Under the pieces are notes generated by a model. The model made no database searches and was not told the origin of the DNA. It saw nothing but the letters and a program-made list of their open reading frames with translations. The position numbers and the translations under genes are program-made. Shown here piece after piece: positions 14,151 through 27,883 of a DNA stretch of 64,000 nt; the first letter of the stretch is position 1; every line of letters begins with the position of its first letter. Origin of the DNA: Eledone cirrhosa (lineage: Eukaryota); contig OZ024743.1 in assembly GCA_964016885.1 (NCBI GenBank), positions 288,238,001 through 288,302,000 of the forward strand, written 5' to 3'.

Positions 14151-17100
14151 CAGGAGCAGCATCAATAATAATAGTAATAGAAATTATAACAAACATCAAT
14201 AATTATAATAATGATTATGGTGATGATGATGAGGATGATGAAGATGATGAAAATAATAACAATAAATAATAATTACAATAATGATTTCATTCATATCAAT
14301 TTTTTAAATTCTTTATTTTATTATATTTTAAATTTAATTCATCATCATCATCATCATCATCATTATTATTATATTATTATTATTATTATTATTATTCATT
14401 ACTATTGTTATTATTATTATTAATATCAACAACAATATACAATATATAATATAAAATAACCTATACAGAAATAGCAGTAAAGAAATCAAATGTGAGCCGT
14501 TATATCATTTCTCTATAGAGTTAAAATTAAATTACAAAACACACATTCACACAGAAACACATCTATATATACGCATATATAACAAAAAAGTCTTCTTGTA
14601 ATCAAACAATTTAAAATCCCATATCACAAAAATCGGAGTCAATAAAAATGCAAAACAATTTTGTCACTATTTTTTAAAAAATTTATTTTAATTATTTATT
14701 TTAATTCAAATTCTAATATCTTAATTATATTAATTAATATTTCGTATGTTTGTAAATGATGTTAAAATGAGATTTTCAAAATTTAATATCTGTTTTATTT
14801 ATTTATTTTTTTTTTTTTTAGAGTAGATACGCCCCTTTTCTTCCGAAGGTGTAAAATGGTGAAGGACAACATTGAAATCTAAAAATAAAATAATAGGAAT
14901 ACTTTTTTATTCAGGAGGAATTTAAGCGCGTGTGAACTATAAATACACAATCACTTTTTTGAAGCGTTCAGAGGTTAAATATAATATTGTGTTTCGTTGT
15001 ATTTGTTTAGCTATAGTTTAACCTCGACGTATTACACCCTTGATCAATCATGGATGGATATATTTCTCTAGGCATCTAGAATCATGCTATGAAAAACCTG
15101 GGAGGTTGGAATGACAATTTAGACGTACAGTGGGAATGACTGCAATCAGTCGATAGAAGTTTGTACATTTCGTGTCTGTCTGACAGACATACGAACGTAT
15201 AAAGACATCAAGGTTGTAGTTAGACAGAGTATGCATTAAGGCAGTACTCACTGTTCTCAATGTGCAAAGCCTAGAGCAATTTATTAACGAATTAGTCAAA
15301 TTGACATTGACGAGTGTTGAAAATGGCAATGATAATAGTATAGAAAGGATTTAACAAACGAGTAACGATAGAGAAAATTAGTATACAGTGGATACCAGTG
15401 AGTACATTTGAAGGAGTGATTAGAAAGGGTAAACAAACGACAGGAATGGCCGTCGTCAGAAGCAAGACATGTGCGCTTAATACGAAGGAACGAAAGCCAT
15501 CGATGTTCTCTGGTGACAGAGACACAAGGTGACGAAATCCATTATTCGGAATTTATCGCACAATAACAAACGATTGTTATTCGATTTACAGCATTACAAC
15601 AGAGACAGTAGTAGATTTTATTGCCGGGATTTAGGAACACATGCTAGACCACGTCGATCCGGTCTTGGCAGATGTGTATCCCCACATACAGCTTACTTGA
15701 AAAATACCCACTTGTACGAGTCGGCGAATGTTAGTACGGATGAAGAAGGACATGAGCAAGAAGGAATTTATTGATAATGTTGTATTCATGATAGTGCTGA
15801 ACGTATAAGTTTAGATTGGTTTTGGTCGAGGTACTAGCAAAGTGCTTGTCGCTTTGGGGGGCAAGTGTCCATACTTGTACAAACCAGTGAAATCTTTCTG
15901 CGACAACCTCTGTCACATAGTGAGCAATGTGATAAACATACTTTCAATTGGGATCTGAAAAATTTGCAACATTCAAATGTTTTGTATAGAGTCATCCATT
16001 TCTACTCAGCTGCTGACCTTAGATAGACGGGTTTTATCATTTTTTTTCAGAATGGGAAATCTTTCATCATGAGTTTCCTATATAGTTAATAATCAAATAC
16101 TCCATAATTTTAGGCTAATTAAATGGGACTTTTATGCAGTTACTTGACCTGGTGTAAATAGAAACCAACATACTACAAAACTACATCCTACTGACGTCAA
16201 ATTTCTGGAAGGAAAGTGTTTCAGAAGCTCGTTGTATATATGAGTGTGTGTGTTTATACCTATGCAACTTAACAATACGACAAAGGAGATCAATAAAATA
16301 ATTATCAGTCATGAAATGAATTAAGTACTGGGACTGATATATTATAGTAAATACTTTCCAGGACGTACCTCAGTATGGACACAATCTAATAACTGAAATC
16401 AATAAAAAATATTTACTCTACCTTTATATAATTATATACTTGTTAGCAAATAACCACGAAAGAAGTTGTATTTACGTTAGGGATAAAACAATAATGTTAT
16501 GTTGGAACAAAACAATATGTTTTGGGCACCATAAGAAAAACAAAGAAAAAAGAACAATTAGGAAAATGTTATTAAATCCGATTGAACACATCCACCACAT
16601 AACCAGATAACGACAAAATGAGATATTAAATCCATTTTTGCTGTCACCTTATACCGAAGAATCTCTAGACACAAATTTATAAGTTTTCTTTTTTACTAAT
16701 TAGTTTTTTTTAGCTTTTTTAGCTTCACCTGATGTCTAGATAGTGGTATTGAACACGGGCGAATGATTAAGTTCACAAGCCAAATATCTAGGACTAAATT
16801 GTCCAATGTGTATGGTGTGATTTGTAGGACATTTGGCCACAGGTTTTAGTAGATCGATTGAGTGACCACGTAGTGTTTCCCTCGTGTGGTAAGTGTTGTA
16901 GTGTGAATGGTTTTGCATTTTCAACTGACTCTCCGAAGAGTAAATGTAAAAATTGCAAATTAAATCTCAGTGATATAAGAAGCCTGAGACATGAGTCACT
17001 CAGCGAAATAATGTGACGCATCATGTACACTTGCTATTCTCTAACAGACAAATTATCATGAAACATAGATTGGGAATGCACCAGTAGGTTGCTTTACCAT

Positions 17101-18119
17101 GCAATAGAAATTCTCATCACACCTGTACTGTCATTTCCCCACCTATCCTCATACATAGACACCGTCTGTCCAAGTCTACGTTTCGATTTAATATTTATAA
17201 ATGCAGTTCTTTGGGCTATTCTTTGCTTTATACTAAATTAATTAAATGTTGAAATTCAGATGAATTGTCGAGGAAAGACACAAAGAGACCTCGTCTTATT
17301 TATTCCCCTGTGAAATTAAAAAGAGGTTAATTGGTAATTTTAAATGGAAAACATACAAACATACATACATAAATACATACATAAATACATATATATATAT
17401 ACATATATATCTACGTGCATACAAACTTACGCATATACATACATATCTACGTGCATAAAAACATACGCACATACATACATAATTATACACATATAAAAAC
17501 ATATACTTACATAGGTACATACATAAATACATACATACTTACATAGGTACGCACTTAGGTACATACATATATACATACAAACACAAATACATATTATTTA
17601 TACACGATTATACATACATACATGCCAAAATATAAATATATACAAGTACACACACACACACACATATATATATACATATATATTACGCACATATATAAAT
17701 ACATACACACAGACATACATACGTATTACATACATACATAAACACATTCACATATACATATGCATACATAAATACATAAACATACCTATTACATACACAT
17801 ATGCACAGCTGTATAAAAAAAAACATTAATATACGCCCACATACATAGATACATAAAAACACACATACATATATAAATACGTACATACATACATACATAC
17901 ATACATACAAGCAATCATAAATATAAACATATATACATATATAGATAATTACATACATACTCAAAATTAAGAAAATGTGAGAAGCATAGATATATTAGAA
18001 ATGCAAATGGATTCTTCATCGGTTTCGTCGAGGTACGTTTTATGTATTCGATCGAATGAACTACGATGTCAGTCAGATATAATGTATTCTGTAGAGACGT
18101 GTAACCTTATCGTAATTCA

Positions 18120-18340
18120 CAATCAGAATTAGCGTGATAGTGTGTGGCAAAGCTGGCCATTTGAATTACATCTACAATCAATCTTACGGGCTTCCACACA
18201 GTTTCCATCTATCAAATTGTAATCACAAGGCGTCAATCGACTAGAGGTTATGATAAAAGACATTAGCTCAGTATTCCACGCAATCGGAATGAATTCGCTG
18301 AACTCGTGATTGGAAAGCAAAGTTTTAACCACTCATCTTC
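18120..18340 (-). mobile_element. Degenerate second tRNA-derived SINE family
   Basis: Minus strand GAGTGGTTAAAACTTTGCTTTCCAATCACG...GCCTTGTGATT...GATGGAAACTGTGTGGAAGCCCGT, with a tRNA-like head. Confidence 0.5.
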
Positions 18341-18354
18341 ATACATACATGCAT

Positions 18355-18444
<90 letters not shown>

Positions 18445-19188
18445 ACACACACACACACATACTCATATATATATATATATACACACCCAAACCTGTTTCC
18501 AGCCTCTCTCTTTATATATATATATACGAAACCACAATTAATGTCAGGTATCCAAGACATTAGGTGGAGATTTCATGTTAATTTATTTACAAATGACACA
18601 TGCAGAATTATTTCTGGACTTATTTTAATTTATAAAAATGTAACTGCCTTCAAACTATTTCGTATTTATCATGTTGAGATGTTTTCTTAGTGTTATTGAT
18701 TCCTGATTACACAACGGATAATAACGGTTAACTGGTCATGAATCTTTGTCATTGAAATTTATATTTCCAATTTTCAATTTCTCGGCTCAACAAGTTTATG
18801 ATCAGAATCCAATTTGATTAAAGCGATGGTTCCCAACCGTTTTTGTGTCATCACATGGAGACCTTTCTACCCCCAACGAGTATAGTAAATATTTATACGC
18901 ATAAATTCGAGATGAGCAGATATTTTCAGGCAATTTTCTGGACAATACAAAGTATATCCCTAAAAAAGGCAGTTTATGAACCAGTAAAAATCCGTGACCA
19001 ATTTTTAACTCTTACAAACCAATACAAATGCACAATTTGGTCATTAGGAGATTCTTTATTGAAAGTAGTGTAAAATGTAGAAATATAAAATGCCATTTTT
19101 TTAATATATCATCAGAACCTAGCGAAAAGGATGGCTGAGAACAAACGGTCGACTGCCGCATCTATATTCTAAATTTTAGCTATGTGCT

Positions 19189-19541
19189 AATAATTGTTTC
19201 TACTTTTGGCACAAGGCCACAAATTATCCCAGTACGTAATAATTGTTTCTACTTTTGGCACAAGGCCAGCAATTACCCAGTTCAATACTGGTACTTTATT
19301 TTATCTACCCTGTAAGGATGAAAGGCAAAGTTAACCTTGGCGGGATTTGAACTCAGATCGTAAAGGGACGTAACTATGCTGGAAAGCATGACGTCCGACC
19401 TTCTACTGATACTGCCAATTCCCCGCCCTATCCCAGTACGTAATAATGAAAGGTGAACTTAACGCCGGCGGGATTTGAACTCAGGGACATAACTCTATGC
19501 TGTAAAGCATGGCGTCCGATCCTCTACCGATACTGCCAATC
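19189..19541 (-). mobile_element. Nested SINE-in-SINE (inner copy 19244-19428 with 19-bp TSD)
   Basis: TSD TATCCCAGTACGTAATAAT at 19225-19243 and 19429-19447; halves of the outer SINE lie on either side. Confidence 0.85.
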
Positions 19542-19743
19542 CAAATAATGTAGTTGAAACACATGTAGACATAAATAAAATTATTTGAAGTACATCTTGG
19601 TTGTCAATTATTTGAAAATATTTTATGCTCTGTATTCTTCCATAAATTGTTAATACATTGAACTTTTTGGCATTTCGCAAGAAACCGATTTCATGTTTGT
19701 GTAAGATTGTACATATATACATACACACATTCATATATGTATG

Positions 19744-19862
<119 letters not shown>

Positions 19863-20504
19863 ATGTGTGTGTGTGTTCGTGAATATTCTGCAAACTCATA
19901 TATATGTTACATGACATTACACTTCTTATTTTATCTTTACTTTCCGACTATAGGCCAGATTCGTTAAAAAAATACATAAAGAAAAAACAAAGGAAAATCT
20001 CATTCCCTTTCCAACGCGTGACCGATGTAATTGTAAGAATTGACCAATTCAACAACACAACATCTAGCTGACAATATAACTTTTATTAACTATAAGAAAA
20101 TGAAAATGTATTTGTATTTCTAACATGGCCGGATTAAGTTAATCTAGGGCCTGGACCACTACAGGCCTGGTGCCATCTTCCTACACAAAAATTGATCTCA
20201 GAGCGTAAAAAGACAAAAAAAAACAACAAAAAAAACAACGCAAATACTTGACCGATGCTCTGACGATTCCTACAAGTTTTCGCCCTTTCAGCTCCCTGAT
20301 AATAAACAAACCGAAGGCAATAAATAGACGTATAAGGAAAAAAAAAATAAATAAAATAAAAGTACATAAATATGCCAAAAATAATAATTTTCAAAATTCA
20401 AACTAAAATTAATGTCGTTGTAGATGTGAATATTAAGAATGCAATTGTTGTTATTCTTGCTGGTGTAGTTGCCCTTTTCACTATTGTTTAGTATACTAGT
20501 CACA

Positions 20505-20665
20505 TCCGTAGAGAGTCGGATGCCATGCTTTACGGCCCTTGCCATTCTGAGTTCAAATACCGCCGAGGTTATCTTTGCCTTTCATCCTTACGGGGTCGAT
20601 AAAATAAAGCACCAGTAATGCACTGGGTAATTGCTGGCCTTGTGCCTAAAGTAGAAACAATTATT
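20505..20665 (+). mobile_element. tRNA-derived SINE (5'-truncated)
   Basis: Same family consensus with box B and GTAGAAACAATTATT tail. Confidence 0.9.
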
Positions 20666-22013
20666 TTTTTACTGCTGCTTTTATTATTTGTATTGGGTCT
20701 AACACCCACTTCCACCACAATATTAAATTGTCGAAATCTTACTGTGGATATCCGGTTTAGAATAGGTAAACCGTATCCATATATGCTGTGAAATACGAAT
20801 ATATATATATATATATATGTGAAATACGTTTGGCACCAGGAAATGCATCCAACCGTAAAACATTGTCTCATAAAAATCATCATGAAGAGTATAACGCCGG
20901 TCATGGAGCCCACGAGGCTAACCCCTGCAATTGTAGGAAAATGGCTTTAAAACGCTTGTTATATATAATAAAAGCCATATAAGATAAACGCATATCAATT
21001 AATAAAAACACATACAGAAACCACATAGAAAACACACAAAATCATACAAAAATCTATGCGATATTTTAAAGTTTGTAATAAGGGTAAGGAAATGAAGTGC
21101 TTATGATCCCTTTTGGAGGATCTTGTGTATGAGAGGAGTAAGGTATTCTAAAACCGGAGACCTGACCTAAATGCTTGCAATAGAAAGAACAACGCAAATA
21201 GCTCCAAAATTACAGGAGTGGGTGATAAACCGGGCGGCAGATTTAGTCTAACAAGGAAGAAACCCACTGTGGAATTTCAAATCAGAAAACAATTAGCCAA
21301 AAAAAATACCGCAAGGCATTTCATTTGCCTCTCAAGCCTTTCCTCCAATATTTATCCCCCGCCTTAGATTAGCATTTTATTTTATAGATCCAGAAAGAAT
21401 GACAGGCAAAGCTGACAGCAAAGAGATTGAACTCAAAGCGAACAGAGACAGAACAAACTAAGTAAGGAAATTTTGAATCAACGCTCTAGAGATCTCTGAA
21501 AGTTTAACAGTCATAAACCCAGACAATGGAAAGGAGCGGCGTTGCGCAGCATTTTCAGCGATTAACGATATCACGCTGTAGTAGAGGCGTAGAACTAGAT
21601 GTATACGGCGAGGGTTAGGCTGTTGGAATAAAGATCAACCTCAGCATGAGACTTATAGTTTATTAACTGGTACAGAAACAAGGAAAATTGACCTCAGGGG
21701 TCTTTAAGTTTAGAACGTAGAAAACCGTAACAAATAGCGCTAGGCAATTTTACTTACGCTCTAACAAAAGTATGGATTTACCCCCTAAATGTAAAATAAG
21801 TAAATAAGCAGCATCTTCCCTCTTCAGGAAGAAAAATATCTTAACGTTTCGGATGTCAATGAATCGTCTAAAAGTAAATAATGGACAGAGGAAATGCTTT
21901 AGATAATAGAAAAGAATAAAGACGAAAGAAAATAAGAAATACAGAGAGAAACAATTCCTATTAATTGCTATATATATATATAAACACACATTCTAATTAT
22001 ATACATATACATG

Positions 22014-22051
<38 letters not shown>

Positions 22052-22060
22052 TATATATAT

Positions 22061-23744
22061 CGCCTTAGAGTCGAACAAAGAACTATCTTCATCTTACAGA
22101 CCCACACTCCCCCCGGCCTGAACACCCCACCCTTATTCCTTTAGCCTTCGACCGCCCCCCTCCCCCCACACTTATCCCTCACTAACACCACTAACACACC
22201 CCTCCTTTTCACCGCCCACCCCACAACTAACAATACTAACACCTCCACTCCACTCCTCATCCGACCACCCTTCCCCAACTAACATACTAACATCCCTCCC
22301 TTCTTCTCCTCCTCCCCCTCCTTATCACACGCACACACCCACCGGCACATATATACACGCGCTCACACTAAACACACACCCTACTACCACCACTAACCCT
22401 CACCCCCACACCTCTCACCCCACACCTCCATCCCACCCCTCCGCAACTAACCTCACTAACACCCGCTGACCCCAAGCACACGAACACACGCACCCACTTA
22501 CACCACCCACCCCACACGCAACTAACATCACTAACACCCCCAACCCCACGCACACGTACCACACACCCTCGTACACCACCAACTCTACACACCCTACCAC
22601 CACTAACCCCCACTCACACCTGCATTCAACCCCTCCCCAGCTCCCGTATACTAACACCCACTAACACCCCTTCATCAAACTACACATACACCAGTACACC
22701 ACACTCCCTCCATAGAATTACACACACCCTTCTCTCCCCGCTCCACCCACACCCTCGCTCCACACTCACTCATCCCACTAACACCTCTACTAATACACAC
22801 ACACACACCCTCCTCACTCCAACTTTCACACCTACCCATCCTCGCCCCTTTACCATTCCATCGACTGCTGCTATGCCCTGACCACCTCCCAGCACAAACA
22901 GACACACAGCACTCCCACTGCTTGACCACTTCCTGTTGCGCGCGCACCCCACATCTCTCCTCTTCCGACCATCGCTTCATGGAATACTCGTACGGAGAAC
23001 TTGACCAGCACATAATCCACTAAACATCATCGGATTTTACCAACTTTTCAACCATCCTCTTACGGAATCACCTATATAACTCACCCACACACACACCCCA
23101 AAAACATTTTTTTGTCCACACGCCACCTACACCCACAACACGCTTAAACCCCACACACTCGTGCTTTCCACCACATATTTACACCCTCAGCCTCCTGATT
23201 CCTCTCCCCCCACCCCTCTATCCACACACGCACAGACACTCCGACCCCCCACACACACACACCTCTTCCTGAACATGCAACTCCGTTCTTCCCCCAACAC
23301 TTACTTTCACATACACACACATACACACACACGTACACCTACACACACACCACCTTCAGCCTACCCGCTCGGACACCCCGTCTCCCTCTCCCCACTCCAC
23401 CCGCCACCACCCCTACACACCCCACACCCTTCCACCACCTGTTTTACCCCCCTTTTAATTTCAGTTTATTTTCATCATGCTTTTATATTTAAATTTATTT
23501 CATTCCTTGTATTTTGATCATGCTTTATTTTTATTTTTATTTTTATTTTTAATTTCATTCGCACCGTTTCCTTTCGCTATATGTCTCTCCACCACTCCCC
23601 TTCACACCCTTTGAACTCTGTTCCCACACACTTCTCACCCGAGGAAGGGCTTATGCCCGAAACGTCGTTCCCCACCAACAGAGCGTGAAATTAATAAACA
23701 TTCGTTGTACTGCCTCTCTGTTTTGTTCCTGTTCAAATTTTTCC

Positions 23745-23748
<4 letters not shown>
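22061..23748 (+). mobile_element. Penelope-like element 3' fragment: GIY-YIG C-terminus, long C/A-rich 3'UTR and hammerhead-like end
   Basis: 22061-22123 translates to RLRVEQRTIFILQTHTPPGLN (PLE 'RExxxIxxLxTxxPxGLN' end); CCGAGGA-A-GGGC-TTAT-GCCC-GAAAC-GTC at 23639-23666; both ends lie in (TA)n. Confidence 0.7.
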
Positions 23749-23779
<31 letters not shown>

Positions 23780-23781
<2 letters not shown>

Positions 23782-24010
23782 ATGTGTGTATGTAAAAGGT
23801 AAACAGAAATAACAGCACAATCGGTACAGTATATGGAAGGAACATATTAGGTTAACGCTTGAAATAGAAGGCAGGGGGTCTTAATGTTTCGGACGCTAGT
23901 CCGTCATCGTAGGAAAGAATGAGCAATTAGAAAGATTGAAGGGACGGGCAGGATGGAATCGGAAAAAGTGTTTTCAAATAAAAATAACAAGTCCATTCAT
24001 GTTGCCATCT
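23780..24010 (-). mobile_element. PLE-like 3' end with degenerate hammerhead; partial copy at 39778-39830
   Basis: Minus strand ACGATGA-C-GGAC-TAGC-GTCC-GAAAC; the terminal 50 bp is repeated in inverted orientation at 39778. Confidence 0.5.
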
Positions 24011-24160
24011 AATATGTATATGTAGATCACGCATGTAAACTCACATATCTGAGATGTCGAAGATCACACCCTATTTGATCGATATTGAAACAAATGTAAT
24101 ATGCAAATACAATTTCTATACAAGCTGCAAATCTGACTTCAATTATTTTCACTACACGCA

Positions 24161-24260
<100 letters not shown>

Positions 24261-24546
24261 ACAGATAACAGTATATAGAGAAGAAAACACGAAAGGATAT
24301 GTTTTCAATTACAAGGAGTAGAGAACCACTAAAGTGAAAAGCATAAAGTCTACGAAAAGTGTGGAAAACACATAATTAAAAAGGTAAATTAAAATGTACA
24401 GACCCACCTTCATAACTATAAAACACCTGGACAAACTCTAAGAAGAGAATGTTTCGCCATAAACAGTGTCGGTACCATAATCTCTGAGGGCTCATCGGCA
24501 GGTGTAAAGTCGATATGGTCTACATTTCTAAAGTGACTTTAGACAA

Positions 24547-24611
<65 letters not shown>

Positions 24612-24616
<5 letters not shown>

Positions 24617-25334
24617 AAATACAATATGTTGAAAAGGAAACACACTAGAGAGAGGTAGTGTGCCATCAATAAAACAGGGAAAACCACCAGTGTATGGAAT
24701 CTATAATCTATGGAAGGCAGGGTAGACACACAATAATTAAAGATATAAATTAAAATGTATATACGCACCTCTATAACGATATAACACACGCGTACAGATC
24801 CAAAGAGATCTGTTTCGCCAGGAAGTTGTTGACTGAAATGGCGAAACAGCGCATATAAGACAAATACATTCCAGGCAACTCTAAGAGATTATAAAGCGAC
24901 CGTCCAGCTACAGGCGGCAGAGAGAAGTCACAGCGTGTTTAGGGCAGGGAACCAGTGGTATCTGAGGGACGAGCTACTAGAAAGGGCAGCCCCAAAACCA
25001 CTCAACCACTCAACCACTCTCTGCCGCGTGTAGCTGGATGGTCGCTTTAGATTCTCTTAGAGTTCTCTGGAATGTATAGTCCTGCACACTCTGATGACCC
25101 ATAGGCTATTCCATTTCAGTCAACAACTTCCTGGCGAAACAGATCTCTTTGGATTCGTACGCGTGTGTTATATAGTTATAGAGGTGCGTATATACATTTT
25201 AATTTATATTTTTAATTATTGTGTGTCTACCCTGCCTTCCATAGATTATAGATTCCATACACTGGTGGTTTTCTCTGTTTTATTGATGGCGCACTATCTC
25301 TCTCTAGTCTGTTACCTTTTCAACATATTGTATA

Positions 25335-25335
<1 letters not shown>
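24612..25335. repeat. Large (TA)n-flanked inverted repeat (outer arms ~225 bp, inner arms ~60 bp), PLE-like
   Basis: 24612-24838 is the reverse complement of 25110-25335; 24862-24925 is the reverse complement of 25017-25078; CTGATGA...GGCGAAAC hammerhead-like core at 25091-25140. Confidence 0.85.
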
Positions 25336-25371
<36 letters not shown>

Positions 25372-25501
25372 GTGAGGTTTTTTTACAAAATGAAAAATAA
25401 CCGAGGTGTCCTACGCGAGTGAAAGTATAAAGAAAAAAGGATGAAATCGAAAATGCAACTGGAGTCTTACTTTAAAAAAAATATATATATTTATTTGGTT
25501 C

Positions 25502-25537
25502 CTTTACCGGTTTCGCAGTTCTTCTGCTTTTCAAAAG
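25502..25537 (-). ncRNA. Minimal type I hammerhead ribozyme motif (U3-A8 variant)
   Basis: CTT-TTGAAAA-GCAG-AAGAA-CTGC-GAAA-CCGG-TA-AAG: stems I and II pair, stem III is the palindrome CCGG, GUA cleavage site. Confidence 0.65.
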
Positions 25538-25621
25538 TAGAGTTGAGATGGAGGGTCTGTGGTTTTTCTCACATCAGATGTGAGAACAACCACAGACACA
25601 CACACACACAGACACACACAG

Positions 25622-26268
<647 letters not shown>

Positions 26269-26468
26269 NNNNNNNNNNNNNNNNNNNNNNNNNNNNNNNN
26301 NNNNNNNNNNNNNNNNNNNNNNNNNNNNNNNNNNNNNNNNNNNNNNNNNNNNNNNNNNNNNNNNNNNNNNNNNNNNNNNNNNNNNNNNNNNNNNNNNNNN
26401 NNNNNNNNNNNNNNNNNNNNNNNNNNNNNNNNNNNNNNNNNNNNNNNNNNNNNNNNNNNNNNNNNNNN
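26269..26468. other. Assembly gap (200 N)
   Basis: Run of n. Confidence 1.
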
Positions 26469-26522
26469 GACGGTCAAAAATAATACAGATACAATATAGA
26501 CACAAACACATATATATAGTTT

Positions 26523-26564
26523 ATCATAAATCTTTCGTTGCACATCTGCAACATCGTCAGTGGT
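26523..26564 (-). ncRNA. Minimal type I hammerhead motif in a PLE pLTR (paralog at ~60275-60318)
   Basis: CA-CTGACGA-T-GTTGCA-GATG-TGCAAC-GAAA-GATT-TA-TG. Confidence 0.65.
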
Positions 26565-26846
26565 GTTATATTTTCCTCCTGTTGTGTTGTATGTCTACGC
26601 CATTTTTTTTTTTTTTACGACGGCTTAATACGGGATGTTTGTTTACAAACACACCGAGCATTATAATAAATGTTCGGTGAATCCATACGTACATATATAT
26701 ATATGTGTGCATGTATGTATATATATATACATAATACTGTACGTCTGTATACATATATGTATGTACGTGTTGATACTTATATATATATATATAGTTAATT
26801 GATTTCATAGTACAAAAGAAAGGGCACTCGTTTGTAGACATAGGGG

Positions 26847-26990
<144 letters not shown>

Positions 26991-27023
26991 CATATAAATA
27001 TATATATGTAAATATATATATAT

Positions 27024-27545
27024 AATTTCTGCCTGACCAACAACCGCTTTGCATAATCAGCTCCTGATTATTTACTAGATTTCTATAAGAATATAACATC
27101 AATGATCTCGGTAGATAGGAGGGGTAGTTGGCCTTGATAAGCTTCAACCAAAGCGAAACAAGACTTGTCGGCTTATCTCCTCTGTTTGCTGAGATCAAAG
27201 TAAGTGAATTTGTCACTACTTTAAAACAATAGCTTACGGTCTTCAAAATGCTTTTAATTAAGCATAAAGTGTATTGCAAAATACATTATATATACATCCA
27301 TATATATATTGCTATTTCAGAGCTCCAATTCTAATTTTTAATTTCTGCCTGACCAACAACCGCTCTGCATAATCAGCTCCTGATTATTTACTAGATTTCT
27401 ATAAGAATATAACATCAATGATCTCGGTAGACAGGAGGGGTAGTTGGCCTTGATAATGCTTTTAATTAAGCATAAAGTGTATTGCAAAATACATTATATA
27501 TACATCCATATATATATTGCTATTTCAGAGCTCCAATTCTAATAT
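27024..27545 (+). repeat. Tandem duplication of a pLTR-like unit (27024-27333; second copy 27339-27545 has a ~108-bp deletion)
   Basis: Direct sequence identity between the two copies. Confidence 0.85.
27131..27172 (+). ncRNA. Type I hammerhead ribozyme motif (U3-A8 variant) with all stems intact
   Basis: GCC-TTGATAA-GCTT-CAACCA-AAGC-GAAA-CAAG-A-CTTG-TC-GGC: stem I GCC/GGC, stem II GCTT/AAGC, stem III CAAG/CTTG, GUC site. Confidence 0.75.
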
Positions 27546-27595
27546 ATATATATATATATATATATAAGAAAGGGCTCTCGTTTTGTAAACATAGG

Positions 27596-27636
<41 letters not shown>

Positions 27637-27847
27637 CCCTATGTATACAACACGAGTGCCCTTTTTTTGTACTATGAAATCAATTAACTATATATATATT
27701 AATATGTTATACTGACATTAGAGTTAACAGAGTACATTCTTCTCGTGCAATATTTCATCTTGCTTTGCATTTTACTGAAATAATAAATTCCCTGGACGTT
27801 AGATGAGGTTAAAGGTATCTAATAATTACTACAGTTTCGATGCCATG

Positions 27848-27883
<36 letters not shown>

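Noticed and set aside
15030-15960. Possible decayed Tc1 transposon
   Set aside because: Only vague HTH-like peptide fragments; no convincing TIR pair or DDE motif.
16736-17030. LRGHSIDLLKP resembling a CR1/L2 C-terminus
   Set aside because: A single short motif with no supporting context.
18822-19150. hAT-like MITE (GATGGTTCCCAACC start)
   Set aside because: The partner TIR and 8-bp TSD are not convincingly found.
20265-20310. Hammerhead-like traces here and at ~30625-30665, ~35075-35105 and ~39955
   Set aside because: Core nucleotides or stems are too degraded to call as ribozymes; probably decayed PLE ends.
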